DNA of 64,000 bases, taken from positions 180,039 to 244,038 of the forward strand of contig CALJHC010000026.1 of assembly GCA_938075415.1 (NCBI GenBank). The letters are read 5' to 3'. Shown here piece by piece: positions 29,846 to 39,761 of the stretch. Numbering within the stretch: the stretch's first letter is position 1; every line of letters begins with the position of its first letter. The notes under the pieces are model-generated. The model worked only from the letters and a program-made list of their open reading frames with translations, made no database searches and was not told the DNA's origin. This DNA is from an uncultured Rubripirellula sp. (GTDB taxonomy: Bacteria; Planctomycetota; Planctomycetia; Pirellulales; Pirellulaceae). The position numbers and the translations under genes were made by a program.

Positions 29846-31105
29846 TTAGATTTGAATTTTGGCATCACGAAGCATGATTTGAAGATCTTGCCATGCCGCT
29901 TTCTTGACATTGGGCTCACGAAGCAGGTAGGCGGGATGATAGGTCACCAAGACTTTGCTCTGATGGAACTTGTGAAGTTTTCCACGCAGTCGTCCCACCG
30001 AAAGTTTTGTTTGCAGAAGTTCATGAGCGCTGACGGCCCCAAGACAGACGATGTAATCAGGTCTGAGAATCGAAAACTGCGACTGATAAAAGCTCCTGCA
30101 ATTTTGGCGTTCGTCCAACTCGGGGTTGCGATTGTTGGGTGGTCGACATTTGACGGTATTAAGAATGTAGACGTCTTCCCGGCTAAATTTGCAGGCTTCG
30201 ATCATCTTGGTGAGCAGTTGGCCTGCTTTGCCCATGAACGGTCGGCCCAAACGATCCTCCTCCGCGCCTGGAGCTTCGCCAAAGAAAACAACTCTTGGTC
30301 GCACGTGGCCTTCTCCAAAAACGGTTGTGTTTCGGCAGCCCGATAGGACGGAGCACTTGGTGCATCCGGCCACACTTGCAGCAAGTCCGTCAAGTTGGAT
30401 TTTTCGTTGCTCGTCAGGCAAATCCGGACCCGGGTAAGGACCGGTGTCAGTCTGAACCGCGTCGACCGTTCTTAATCGACTTGGCGTTGGTGCTTGCCTG
30501 CTTGAGGGTGGAGGAACTGGCAATGGGTTCAGTTTGGAGGAGTCTGTTCTGGAGTCTTTATGGTTTGATGCGTTACTTGATCTCGCGGTGTCGAGCTGGC
30601 TTTTCTGTGCATGGTGTTGGTGGTCATCGGTGGCGGCGATTCCTTCGACTAAGGGTGAGTGGGTGGTCTCGAGCCAATTCTTGATTTTGGCAACCGATTG
30701 CTCGTTAGGTTGCGGCAGCGTGTGAATGCCGGATCGTTGGAAATGTTCTGCCAAGGCAGTCACTTGTGAGCGAATCATGGCTGCATCGGGAGGATCCGGT
30801 TCCATCTCTGTTGCTCGTTGTTCTTGCTGGGGTGGGGGGAGGTTCACGATTGGATGATTTTGAATTGCTTGGCGGCGCTGGATTGAACCGAAAGTACAAC
30901 TTACCGATTGGTGAGCTCGGCAGATACGTGTTGGTGAGAAAATGTCGGTTGCTGATGCTAACTTTGGTAATTTGCACGATGGTGCAGCGGCAGGGGGTCT
31001 TGAAGAATTGCAAAGGTCGCGACACAAGTTCTGGGCGACACTGGTCTCAATACGGGTAACCGGATGCCGCCTGCGAAGGAACCTGTGAAAAAATAGGCGG
31101 TCCAC
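29846..31105 (-). CDS. Uracil-DNA glycosylase family 4 (4Fe-4S type) with a long P/Q/S-rich N-terminal extension (start uncertain)
   Basis: C-terminal about 190 aa carry family-4 UDG motifs: CTKCSVLSGCRNTTVFGEG, GEAPGAEEDRLGRPFMGKAGQLL, NTVKCRPPNNRNP, YHPAYLLREP. The upstream 230 aa are low-complexity. Candidate internal starts are MEPDPPDAAM and MIRSQVTAL. Confidence 0.8.
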   Translation of the reverse strand: MDRLFFHRFLRRRHPVTRIETSVAQNLCRDLCNSSRPPAAAPSCKLPKLASATDIFSPTRICRAHQSVSCTFGSIQRRQAIQNHPIVNLPPPQQEQRATEMEPDPPDAAMIRSQVTALAEHFQRSGIHTLPQPNEQSVAKIKNWLETTHSPLVEGIAATDDHQHHAQKSQLDTARSSNASNHKDSRTDSSKLNPLPVPPPSSRQAPTPSRLRTVDAVQTDTGPYPGPDLPDEQRKIQLDGLAASVAGCTKCSVLSGCRNTTVFGEGHVRPRVVFFGEAPGAEEDRLGRPFMGKAGQLLTKMIEACKFSREDVYILNTVKCRPPNNRNPELDERQNCRSFYQSQFSILRPDYIVCLGAVSAHELLQTKLSVGRLRGKLHKFHQSKVLVTYHPAYLLREPNVKKAAWQDLQIMLRDAKIQI

Positions 31106-31404
31106 CTTCTTGGGGGCAAACTGGTCGAAACCACGTCATGGAAGCGATTTTGGCGGGTATTTGAATCAATGGTGAGGGGTTTGCCGTCGAGATGGAGTGG
31201 ATGCAGGTCTTGGGATGCGAGTTTTGAAGTGCTTTCGCTCAACGGGCCTATGACTTCAAGCTGGCAACGCATAGGATCTGGGTAACATCCCTCTGATTCC
31301 ATCTTTGCGGTCGGAAAACACAGCAGTTTGAGCTTTCTTCGCGAACCGGCATCTCACCGGAGCGATTTCTCCTGCTGGTCGATACGCCCCTTTGAGTTTG
31401 TCCC

Positions 31405-32748
31405 ATGCCCGTTCCTCAAGTAGCCATCGTCGGTCGACCTAACGTCGGCAAGAGCAGTGTTTTTAATTGGTTGGCGCGAAGGCGCTTGGCGATCGTTGAT
31501 GATTATGCCGGGGTGACTCGCGATCGAATGACGACCCTGATCGAAACAGAGGATCGTTGTTTTGAACTCATTGACACCGGAGGGGTCGGAATCGTCGACG
31601 AGGATAACCTCACTGACGACGTCCAGCGTCAGATCGAATTTGCGATTCACTCTGCTGACGTGATTCTGTTTGTAGTCGATGTGCAAACCGGGCAGATGCC
31701 CTTGGATGATGAAGTTGCCGAGCGACTTCGTGGTCTTGAACGACCGATCTTATTGGTTGCCAATAAAGCAGACCAACCCCATCAGGAAGCGCTTTCGCAA
31801 GAGTTTCATCGACTTGGATACGGGGATTTTATTTGCGTTAGCACGACTCAAAATCGTCAGCGGCAGCAGTTGATCGAGAAGATTGAAGAGGTCTTGCCAT
31901 CGCCGGACGAGGAGACAGTGGCTTCCCCTCGCATGCAAGTCGCTATTGTGGGACGCCGAAATGTCGGGAAGAGCACGTTTGTTAATTCGCTCGCTGAGTC
32001 AGAACGAATGATTGTCAGCGAAGTTCCCGGTACCACACGTGATAGTGTGGACGTTATCTTTGAACTTGATGGTCAAAGTATCGTTGCTATTGATACGCCG
32101 GGATTGCGAAAGCGAAAAAGCCAGCGAACTGATTTGGAATTCTACGGACTGCATCGCGCTCAACGCAGCATTCGGCGTGCTGATGTCGTTCTGATGTTTT
32201 TTGATGCGATGGAACCTGTCAGCAAAGTTGACAAACAGTTGATGGGATATGTGATGGAGCATCACAAGCCCTGCCTTCTTGTTGTTAATAAGTGGGACCT
32301 TCTGCATGGTGATGTTACGACAGACCAATGGGTTGATTATCTTCGAGCCCAATTCCCTACCCTCAGTTACGCACCAATCGCGTTTATCACCGGGCAGCAG
32401 GGACGCAATATCAAGGCTTTGCTCAATCATGCGACAATGCTGTTCAAGCAAGCACGAGAGCGTGTTTCAACAGGAGTCTTGAATCGATTGGTTCAATTTG
32501 CCACCGATTCTCATCAACCCCCTCTCTATCAGAACCGTCGGCCGAAAATATACTACGCCACTCAGGTTTCCACGGAACCTCCCACAATCGTTTTGATGTG
32601 TAGTGAACCCAAGGCGTTTGGGAATGATTATCAGCGTTATTTAATCGGTGTGATGAGAGATCATTTGCCGTTTGCAGAAGTCCCCATCAAACTTTACTTC
32701 GAGAAGCGAAAAAGCTCCGGTCCGGGTGGGGCCAATTCGGGTAAGTGA
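31405..32748 (+). CDS. der: Ribosome-biogenesis GTPase Der (EngA), tandem GTPase domains plus KH-like domain
   Basis: Two G domains (VAIVGRPNVGKSSVFN...DTGG; VAIVGRRNVGKSTFVN...DTPG...NKWD) and a C-terminal KH-like region. 447 aa. Confidence 0.9.
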   Translation: MPVPQVAIVGRPNVGKSSVFNWLARRRLAIVDDYAGVTRDRMTTLIETEDRCFELIDTGGVGIVDEDNLTDDVQRQIEFAIHSADVILFVVDVQTGQMPLDDEVAERLRGLERPILLVANKADQPHQEALSQEFHRLGYGDFICVSTTQNRQRQQLIEKIEEVLPSPDEETVASPRMQVAIVGRRNVGKSTFVNSLAESERMIVSEVPGTTRDSVDVIFELDGQSIVAIDTPGLRKRKSQRTDLEFYGLHRAQRSIRRADVVLMFFDAMEPVSKVDKQLMGYVMEHHKPCLLVVNKWDLLHGDVTTDQWVDYLRAQFPTLSYAPIAFITGQQGRNIKALLNHATMLFKQARERVSTGVLNRLVQFATDSHQPPLYQNRRPKIYYATQVSTEPPTIVLMCSEPKAFGNDYQRYLIGVMRDHLPFAEVPIKLYFEKRKSSGPGGANSGK

Positions 32749-32810
32749 ATGTCCGGACCAGTGGGCACACTCGCGAGTCTTCCAGAGTTGCCTGTCCACG
32801 AGAGAGGTTG

Positions 32811-32883
32811 CCAAATGCCGATTGATCCAAATGCCGATTGCTCCAAATGCCGATTGCTCCAGATGTCGATTGATCCAAATGGA
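32811..32883. repeat. 16-bp tandem repeat array, 4.5 copies (ccaaatgccgattgMt)
   Basis: Read directly: ccaaatgccgattgat / ccaaatgccgattgct / ccaaatgccgattgct / ccagatgtcgattgat / ccaaatgga. It lies between the convergent der and KaiC-like genes. No spacers, so not CRISPR. Confidence 0.85.
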
Positions 32884-33041
32884 CCGCATGATGGCGAGTG
32901 GTTAGTCCTTCTCAGGGAAGGCTCGGGTGTGTTTTCAGGTAGAGGAGCTTTGTTAAAGCTTTGCATCGGTCGTGGGAGGCCCAGTGCCGTAGAGACTTTC
33001 TAATGCAGTTTTATTGATCTGACATGGATGTTTCGGATCGG

Positions 33042-33926
33042 TTATGCATCATCCATGACGATACCTTTGTCGGTGATGGTGTACGGCACGATGGATTCAT
33101 CACAGACGCTTCCACGATGTTTAGCAACATGCAGTGCTCTTCCCATCTTGTTTCCCTCGCGAGTCTTTCCCATCAGGATGATCGTGTTTGCATTTGATAA
33201 TAAATCTCCACTTTCAATAGGCCGGGAGATTAGGTCATCAAGCATGACCTCGTGGCTTGTGTAGAGCAGCAAGCATGCGATTTTTCGATGGTCATACTGG
33301 TGTTGGTCAATGGTGTCCGCGTTGGAACGAAAGTCAGCGCGAAAGAGATCTCTCGCCACCCAGTCGTGCTCTTTGTGGAGGATCTGATGGTAGACATATT
33401 CGAATACCTCAAGTTGAATCGAATCGGCCGCCCGCTCCGTTGGCTCAATTCCATCAATGACGCATCGTCTGACCCCGTGAGCAAAGTTTCCGTAAAAGAA
33501 GTAAATAGTCTGATCAAGTTTCTTGGCCTGCTCATATTTCCATTCTCGCCACTGATCTGAGTTCATATCGTTGGCGGTAACTCGACGACCCCGATGTTGG
33601 AACAGATGCAGCGAATCTTTACGCGCATCACTGCGATCCCAGACTGATGGAGCGTGTATTTTTTGTTCCGATGGTTGTTGTTGGATTTTCCAGTCGAACA
33701 TGCGCTGCGCATAATCCGAATGATTCTGGGAATCACCCCGTGCAGTGAGGTCGAAAAAGATTCCCGTTTCGTTTTCTTGCCGGAGTCCATGATGTGCGAA
33801 CATCAGACCGAGTTGTGTCTTGCCAATTCCGGTGGCCCCCATCACAACCGTCAGTGTGCCAGGCAAAAGTCCACCCCCAAGTCGCGTGTCAAGTTCGGGT
33901 ATGCCTGTTTCAATTCGATCTTTCAC
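33042..33926 (-). CDS. Stand-alone RecA-superfamily ATPase, KaiC/RadA-like single domain
   Basis: 294 aa. [38 protein letters not shown] is the KaiC/RAD55-type opening with Walker A. Walker B-like hydrophobic-strand plus D/E region present. Single domain, not the double-domain clock KaiC. Confidence 0.7.
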   Translation of the reverse strand: MKDRIETGIPELDTRLGGGLLPGTLTVVMGATGIGKTQLGLMFAHHGLRQENETGIFFDLTARGDSQNHSDYAQRMFDWKIQQQPSEQKIHAPSVWDRSDARKDSLHLFQHRGRRVTANDMNSDQWREWKYEQAKKLDQTIYFFYGNFAHGVRRCVIDGIEPTERAADSIQLEVFEYVYHQILHKEHDWVARDLFRADFRSNADTIDQHQYDHRKIACLLLYTSHEVMLDDLISRPIESGDLLSNANTIILMGKTREGNKMGRALHVAKHRGSVCDESIVPYTITDKGIVMDDA

Positions 33927-34154
33927 GAGCTTGCCGTTGTTTTGGGTGGGGATCTAATCGGATCCGATTTTTAACTTAATGCAGCACGGATTCTATGGCG
34001 AATCTCGACCGGATAACTTGCGAGTGATCGCGGTGGCGTGCGTTATTGCAACGACAACGCTGGAAGGGAGAGGTCCATCGTTCAACAGTTTTGCCGTTGC
34101 TTTTTTGGAGTTGTTTACACTTCTGTCATCACCGATGCGAGATTATTCCGATGC

Positions 34155-34195
34155 CAGATTTTTCTGAGGACAGGTTTTTCTGAGGACAGATTTTT
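34155..34195. repeat. 17-bp tandem direct repeat, about 2.5 copies (agRtttttctgaggac)
   Basis: Read directly: cagatttttctgaggac aggtttttctgaggac agatttttaatg. A related inverted segment gtcctgaggcagg follows at about 34213. It lies in the gap between the oxidoreductase and KaiC-like genes. Confidence 0.8.
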
Positions 34196-34331
34196 AATGT
34201 TGAGTTTGTCACGTTGTCCTGAGGCAGGATCCAGATATCTTTCGCATTGCTTCTCTGGCTGGTTTTGGCTGATGCTCGGCGAACTTTTTGAGGAGTCAAG
34301 TTCTCTGCAGGACGCCTCTGTTGCATGTCCA

Positions 34332-35735
34332 TTAAACGACCAAGCAATGGCGATTGGCCATGCTGATTCCGCTGACAATGGCACCAATGATACCGACAAA
34401 TCCTTGGTCGGTACCGCACAAGAAAAGATTAGGAAGGTGTGTGGTGCCGTCAAGTTGTTTGTCTGGTGCACCATAGACGGCGCCGTTATCGTGCCACGTG
34501 AATCTTCGGATCGTTTTTGGGGTGAAAACATCGGTGTCGATCACGTGTCGTCTGAAATCGGGCATGAAACGGACCGATGACGCCACCGATTGGTCGTACT
34601 GTTCTGCTTTTGCAGCACGGTACTTGTGTTCAGGTAATGCACACCAGCGATCATGATTGGCCAAGGTAGTGATACGAATTACACCGTCAGGCAACTCACC
34701 TTCCTCTGGGTCATAGATGTAATTATTCGGCGAGCAGATAACACCGGTGCGAGCATCACACAGGGACTCATCAGGACGTTTCCAATGAAACTGTTCGCTA
34801 TCGTTGTAGAAGACAATGGTGCGATCGAAATCAATTTCTTTGGGTTGTCGGTCCAGCACCGAGATCGATTCAATGAATGACAGTTTGCCCGCCTTGGCGA
34901 CTTGCGGTTCGGAAACGTCGTCACAAAGACGAAGGGTTTCTATATTGCCCGCGGAAGACAGGATGCGTTTTCCTTCCAGTTCGGTCCCATCATCCAAGAC
35001 GACGCCTGTCGCGACACCATTTTCGGTGTGGATTTTGGATACACCGCTTCGCAATTTTAGCTCTCCACCCAGGCCTCGGAATCGTTTGACGAGGTTTTTC
35101 AAGATGACACGAACACCCTTGTAGGGTCTTCCGAATCCCTCGAGAAAACAAGCGCGGAACATGATGCAGAATTGTCCGAAATCCATGTCGTCTTCGCGTG
35201 CATTGCCGTACCACATTAGGGGGCAGATCAGCATTTCGATTAATAGCGGATCAGAAAGATGCAATGCAAGAACCTCGCGAGCAGATTGCATGAACCTTGG
35301 GTCGTTACCATCCATATCGCTGTAGTCGAGCAGCGAATCACATAATTGTCGAAAGCCATCGATCTGTGAGGGAAACTGCTTTTCTATTTCTGATTCCAAA
35401 AAACGAATGTCGTTGTTGAAATCCAGGTTGACCCCTGGGAAGCGAATTGAGGATCCCACTTGCTCGGCAAGTTTAAAATCATCCCAGCTAAAACGAAGTT
35501 GACGAATCAACTTTGCCAATGGACCTTTCTTGGTTCCTTTTTTGGCGTAGTTGGTCATTGCGTGCAGCCCAACATCGTAATCCCGACCACCCATTCGATA
35601 AAATGAGTTCAATCCACCGATGGTGTAATGCCGTTCGAGAATGCAGACGCGTTGGTCGAAATGAGCGAGCCGAATTCCTGCCGCGAGACCGCTCATTCCG
35701 GCGCCGATGATGATGGTGTCGTACGAGTCGCTCAT
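34332..35735 (-). CDS. FAD/NAD(P)-binding oxidoreductase, phytoene-desaturase (CrtI)-like family
   Basis: Start at MSDSYDTIIIGAGMSGLAAGIRLA (GxGxxG dinucleotide-binding motif; ATG complement at 35733-35735). About 470 aa, typical of the amine-oxidase/CrtI superfamily. The ORF track extends to 35798. Confidence 0.7.
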   Translation of the reverse strand: MSDSYDTIIIGAGMSGLAAGIRLAHFDQRVCILERHYTIGGLNSFYRMGGRDYDVGLHAMTNYAKKGTKKGPLAKLIRQLRFSWDDFKLAEQVGSSIRFPGVNLDFNNDIRFLESEIEKQFPSQIDGFRQLCDSLLDYSDMDGNDPRFMQSAREVLALHLSDPLLIEMLICPLMWYGNAREDDMDFGQFCIMFRACFLEGFGRPYKGVRVILKNLVKRFRGLGGELKLRSGVSKIHTENGVATGVVLDDGTELEGKRILSSAGNIETLRLCDDVSEPQVAKAGKLSFIESISVLDRQPKEIDFDRTIVFYNDSEQFHWKRPDESLCDARTGVICSPNNYIYDPEEGELPDGVIRITTLANHDRWCALPEHKYRAAKAEQYDQSVASSVRFMPDFRRHVIDTDVFTPKTIRRFTWHDNGAVYGAPDKQLDGTTHLPNLFLCGTDQGFVGIIGAIVSGISMANRHCLVV

Positions 35736-36359
35736 GCGCTTGGTGGTTTTGGTAAAGAGAGTGGGCGTCGGCGAGGGGTGATCTGGGTGCCTTTTCAAGG
35801 CAGGGCAGCAGCGTCAAGGTTCACGATCGATGATAATCCTTGATCGAGGGCAATCAGTCTAGGGACACAAGGATAAGCTTCACCGTTCGTGTCGACAACG
35901 AGAGGTGAGCCCCGGTATTTAACGCGTCTTGTCCCTGGAAATAACCGCTGGGTTTCTTTTCGGAGGGTATGTTATCAGGATGGCGAGTCAAACGCAGTCA
36001 TCGTTGCCCAAGAGAATCGTCACTTGCTCAGTGGAACCTCCGCATCGTCATTAAAATTAGTTTAGAGTTCAGCAGTGGTCGAGAGAAGCAATTTAACTGT
36101 GGTCCTGCAGTTAATATTGTACGTGTTTTCCGTTGTTCCGATGCCTGCATTCAAAGGAAAGGTACTCGCTGGGTCTGGAGCGAGCCTGGTTTTCGGCAGT
36201 CGCTCGAAAACGGTTTTGTGTGTGGTTGAACATTGAGTTCATAAAAATCGGATTGGAAGACAAATGTTTTAGGCGTTCGATACAATAGGTCTCGAGGATT
36301 GCAGCGATGTGTTTTTCTGCTGCGAGTACCCGTTTGGTCTGAGTGAAGTCTTTTGATGG

Positions 36360-37511
36360 TTGGTTGAAGTTGTCATGTCCGAACAGAAAAAAATTCGTTT
36401 CGTTTTGATTGGCGGTTTTCTCGGCGCTGGGAAAACGACGTTGATTGCTCAACTTGCCAAGCGATACATCGAAAGGGGACTTCGTGTCGGAATCATCACC
36501 AATGACCAAGCAAGTGATTTGGTCGATACGCAAAATTTGAGATCTCAGGGTTTTGCGGTGGGCGAGGTATCAGGGTCTTGCTTTTGCTGCAGTTTTAACG
36601 ATTTAGTTGATGCAGCAGACAATTTGACAGCGGATCAGATTCCGGATGTCTTGCTCGCTGAACCTGTCGGTAGTTGCACGGACCTCGTTGCTACCGTGAT
36701 CTTGCCGCTTCAAGAACGTTTTGGGGATCGTTTCGAGCTTGCGCCCTTTGGTGTTTTACTGAAGCCTTCCCACGCTTTGCGCCTATTGGCTGGGGGAAAT
36801 GGTTCAAGGCGAAGCGGCTTTTCTCCACAGGCTGAGTACATCTTTCACAAGCAGCTTGAGGAGGCCGATTACCTGTTGATCAGTCGAGCGGATCAATTAT
36901 CGGTGGACGAGGTTGAATTGCTTCGAACACAGCTTGGCAAGGTTGCTCCGGAGGTACCGGTCTTCGCGGTCAGTTCCGTGGATGGAACCGGTATTGAGAG
37001 CATTTTGGAATGCATCGAAACACCGTCCATCGCTGGACGAAGGTTGCTGGAGATTGATTATGACAAATACGCTGAGGGCGAGGCAGAATTAGGATGGGTT
37101 AACCTTTCTGCTCACCTTTGTGACACGAATTCAGAGCATGATCTCGATCAGCTTGCTAAAGATTTAGTGGGTGACCTCGCTGATCAAATTATTTCGAAAA
37201 GTGGTGTGATCGCTCACGTCAAAGTCTCCATTCTGGGTGGTGAATCTCAGGCTGTGGCTAACGTGGTTTCCAATGAAGGTTCCGTTGATGTTGGCCTTGC
37301 GGCGAATCGGATTGTGAACACAGACGTCCAATTAATTATTAACGCGAGAGTCGCGATGGATCCGGAAGCATTGCTGGTGATTTGCCAAGAAGCAGTGGAA
37401 AGGATCGGCCGCTCCAGGCAAGGTGAAATACGCAATCTGACATCGCACGCGTTGCGACCCGGGCGACCGGTTCCGACACATCGCGTTGAAGCGAAAGACT
37501 CGATGGAATAG
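36360..37511 (+). CDS. CobW/HypB/UreG (G3E) family GTPase, putative zinc metallochaperone
   Basis: P-loop LIGGFLGAGKTTL. The CxCC motif GSCFCCS characteristic of CobW/YjiA/ZigA-type G3E GTPases. C-terminal CobW_C-like region. Likely start at MSEQKK (36375). Confidence 0.8.
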   Translation: MVEVVMSEQKKIRFVLIGGFLGAGKTTLIAQLAKRYIERGLRVGIITNDQASDLVDTQNLRSQGFAVGEVSGSCFCCSFNDLVDAADNLTADQIPDVLLAEPVGSCTDLVATVILPLQERFGDRFELAPFGVLLKPSHALRLLAGGNGSRRSGFSPQAEYIFHKQLEEADYLLISRADQLSVDEVELLRTQLGKVAPEVPVFAVSSVDGTGIESILECIETPSIAGRRLLEIDYDKYAEGEAELGWVNLSAHLCDTNSEHDLDQLAKDLVGDLADQIISKSGVIAHVKVSILGGESQAVANVVSNEGSVDVGLAANRIVNTDVQLIINARVAMDPEALLVICQEAVERIGRSRQGEIRNLTSHALRPGRPVPTHRVEAKDSME

Positions 37512-37933
37512 AACAGGGCTGTCTTGAAATACCGACCTCTCAATGTGCCCTTACTCGTGCGGCGGTTTGGTTATTCGCCAGGATCAATGAAGCGTTCATC
37601 TCAGCCCCGAATCAGATGGTTCATTTTCATGAGCTAATCATCTTTTTCTCTCCGTCGACTTAGGGTAGAGAAAACGATCGGGGGAAAAGATGAATGGGCA
37701 CGATCTCAATCGGATTGAAAAGCAGGGGGTTTCAAAACTTTATTGATGAAGCAGGATGATGCTGCCGGTGGCGGACTCTCCGCCTGATGTTTAATTTTCG
37801 GTGATTACTGATCCTGGAAATTGACTCGAGTGTCGCTTGCTGATTCGTTGACGCCGTCTTGGGAATTCAACGGCGCGAATCGTTTCGGGTACCAATTGCG
37901 ATAAAAGCCAGCAAACCAGGTCTGCTGGTCGGC

Positions 37934-39307
37934 TCACTCAATTTTATAGACCGCGGATTCGGTACGCAGTAAGAGAGCATTTTGCGCAATGGCCGGTGTT
38001 GCCATGATTTTTCCCTCGAGCTGGTTTTCAGCGACGACTTTCGCCTCGTCGCCGGGCTGCATGACCGTAACCTTGCCGTCGTGCGAGCCAAAATAAAGAA
38101 GGCCACCAGCCATTACTGGCGAGGCCGAGTAATCACCACTGATACGGTGCTTCCAGATCTGGTCACCGGTATCACTATTTAGGCAGCTCGCAATACCATT
38201 GTCAGCGACGATATAGATTCTGTCATCATGCAGAAGAGGAGATGATTTCGCCGGAATACCTTGTTTGGCAATCCATTTCACATGGCTTTGAGTCACGTCG
38301 CCTGAACCTGACACGTCGACTGCCCATAATTGTGGTTTCCCAAATCCAGTGCAGAAGTAAACCACTTCTTTGGCATGGTCATAGACTGGTTGCGGCACCA
38401 CGGAAAAACCTTTTCCATGGTAGCAACGCCAGATCTCCTTGCCGGTTTCCGGGTGATAAGAAACCATCCACTGCGAGCCCATGCAGATGAGTTGTTCACG
38501 ACCCTGAAGGTCTTTCAAGGCGATCGGAGTGCAGAAGGATTTCTTTTGATCTCCTGTGGGTGCTTCCATTTCAGGACGGTCTGTTTCCCACTGTGTCTTA
38601 CCTGTCTTTTTGTTCAAGGCTGCGACGTACTGTCGTTCCATTCCATCTTGAATCAGGATCAGCAGGCCACCGTGAATGAATGGAGAGGAGCCCGGACCGA
38701 CTGAGTGATTGAGTGGGAGGCGGCGTTGCCAAGCTATCTTTCCTGTCAATCGATCAACGCAGAAAGTTCCATAGGTTCCAAAGTGACAATAGACCTTGTC
38801 ACCATCAATCACTGGTGTTGGCGAGGCATAGCTGTTGACCGAGTGGATCGCGTCTGGCTTGACGTCGTTCGCTAGGTCAACCGTTTGCAAGATTGATCCC
38901 GATGCCATGTCCATTGAAACCAGTTTCAGATCGATCGAGCGAGCGATCGCTAATTGTCGAAACTTGTTTTCGGCGATCCCGCCATCGCGAAGCAATGCGA
39001 GGCGTTCTTCCTCGTTAGGGATTTTCTCAACCGCAGTGGTAAGCCAGATCACTCCATCGGATATCACTGGCGAGGACCATCCCCGACCTGGAACCTTCGA
39101 TTTCCAGGTTACATGACTGGATTCATTGAAATTGATTGGGATGGATTGGTCGTTAGCGACGCCATCACCATTGATGCCGCGAAATTGCGGCCAATGGTCT
39201 GCCGCGTTGGCTATCTGTTGAGCAGACAGAGATCCAAGGGTCAGTAACAATAGCAGTTTCGTGAATGGCGAAATCATTGAACGATTCGGGGCTTGGTGGT
39301 AGCTCAT
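37934..39307 (-). CDS. Secreted PQQ-like beta-propeller repeat protein (BamB-like fold)
   Basis: Signal peptide MISPFTKLLLLLTLGSLSAQQIANA. Repeated about 40-aa blades with W/G motifs (WSSPVISDGVIWL, KIAWQR, IWRCYHGKGF, DQIWKHRISGDYSASPVMAGGLLYFGSHDG). Start chosen at MSYHQAPN (ATG complement at 39305-39307). Confidence 0.75.
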   Translation of the reverse strand: MSYHQAPNRSMISPFTKLLLLLTLGSLSAQQIANAADHWPQFRGINGDGVANDQSIPINFNESSHVTWKSKVPGRGWSSPVISDGVIWLTTAVEKIPNEEERLALLRDGGIAENKFRQLAIARSIDLKLVSMDMASGSILQTVDLANDVKPDAIHSVNSYASPTPVIDGDKVYCHFGTYGTFCVDRLTGKIAWQRRLPLNHSVGPGSSPFIHGGLLILIQDGMERQYVAALNKKTGKTQWETDRPEMEAPTGDQKKSFCTPIALKDLQGREQLICMGSQWMVSYHPETGKEIWRCYHGKGFSVVPQPVYDHAKEVVYFCTGFGKPQLWAVDVSGSGDVTQSHVKWIAKQGIPAKSSPLLHDDRIYIVADNGIASCLNSDTGDQIWKHRISGDYSASPVMAGGLLYFGSHDGKVTVMQPGDEAKVVAENQLEGKIMATPAIAQNALLLRTESAVYKIE

Positions 39308-39761
39308 GAGAGGCGTTGAGGTAGGCGTGGCAGGCAATCCCTGAGTCCGATTTGTCTTTTTTGGTCTAGGTGATGACTCGTGTTGAAGTCCACATATCCG
39401 GGAATGAGGATTTCATTTTGTTTCCCCAAGGTAATTTAACTTCGAGTCGCAGTTGAAATGTTGAGGTCTTCCTATGCTGCCGATCATATTCTAAGAGGAA
39501 TTAAGACGGACGTGTGAATCATTTATCGAGGTTCCTTTCAAGAGCTTTTCATTCAGGCAGGACGTGTGGGGGCCACACGAGCAAGCGTTGCGATGAGGGT
39601 TTACTGAAAGGCGTATTTGAGTGGTTTTTGATCAGGAAGAGGGGCCGGTCTGCGAGGACGGCCGTTCCATCGATTGGGCAATTGGTGATGAGAAATCGTG
39701 GCGTTGAGATTTCCGAGTGATCAGCTTGTGTGATCTGATGCATGAATGAAGGGTTAGTCGA

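Noticed and set aside
32811-32883. CRISPR array hypothesis for the tandem arrays (also 57481-57558, 61082-61165)
   Set aside because: The repeats are directly adjacent with no unique spacers, units are only 12-28 bp, and no cas-like genes are present in the window.
32749-33003. ORFs 32672-32905, 32749-33003 and minus-strand ORFs over the 16-bp repeat array
   Set aside because: Their peptide repeats (PIDPNADCSKCRLLQMSIDPN...) are simply the 16-bp DNA repeat read in shifting frames. The unit length is not a multiple of 3.
36111-36533. Minus-strand 140-aa ORF overlapping the CobW-like gene start
   Set aside because: It overlaps the well-supported P-loop region of the CobW-like CDS on the opposite strand and has no motifs. 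Likely spurious.
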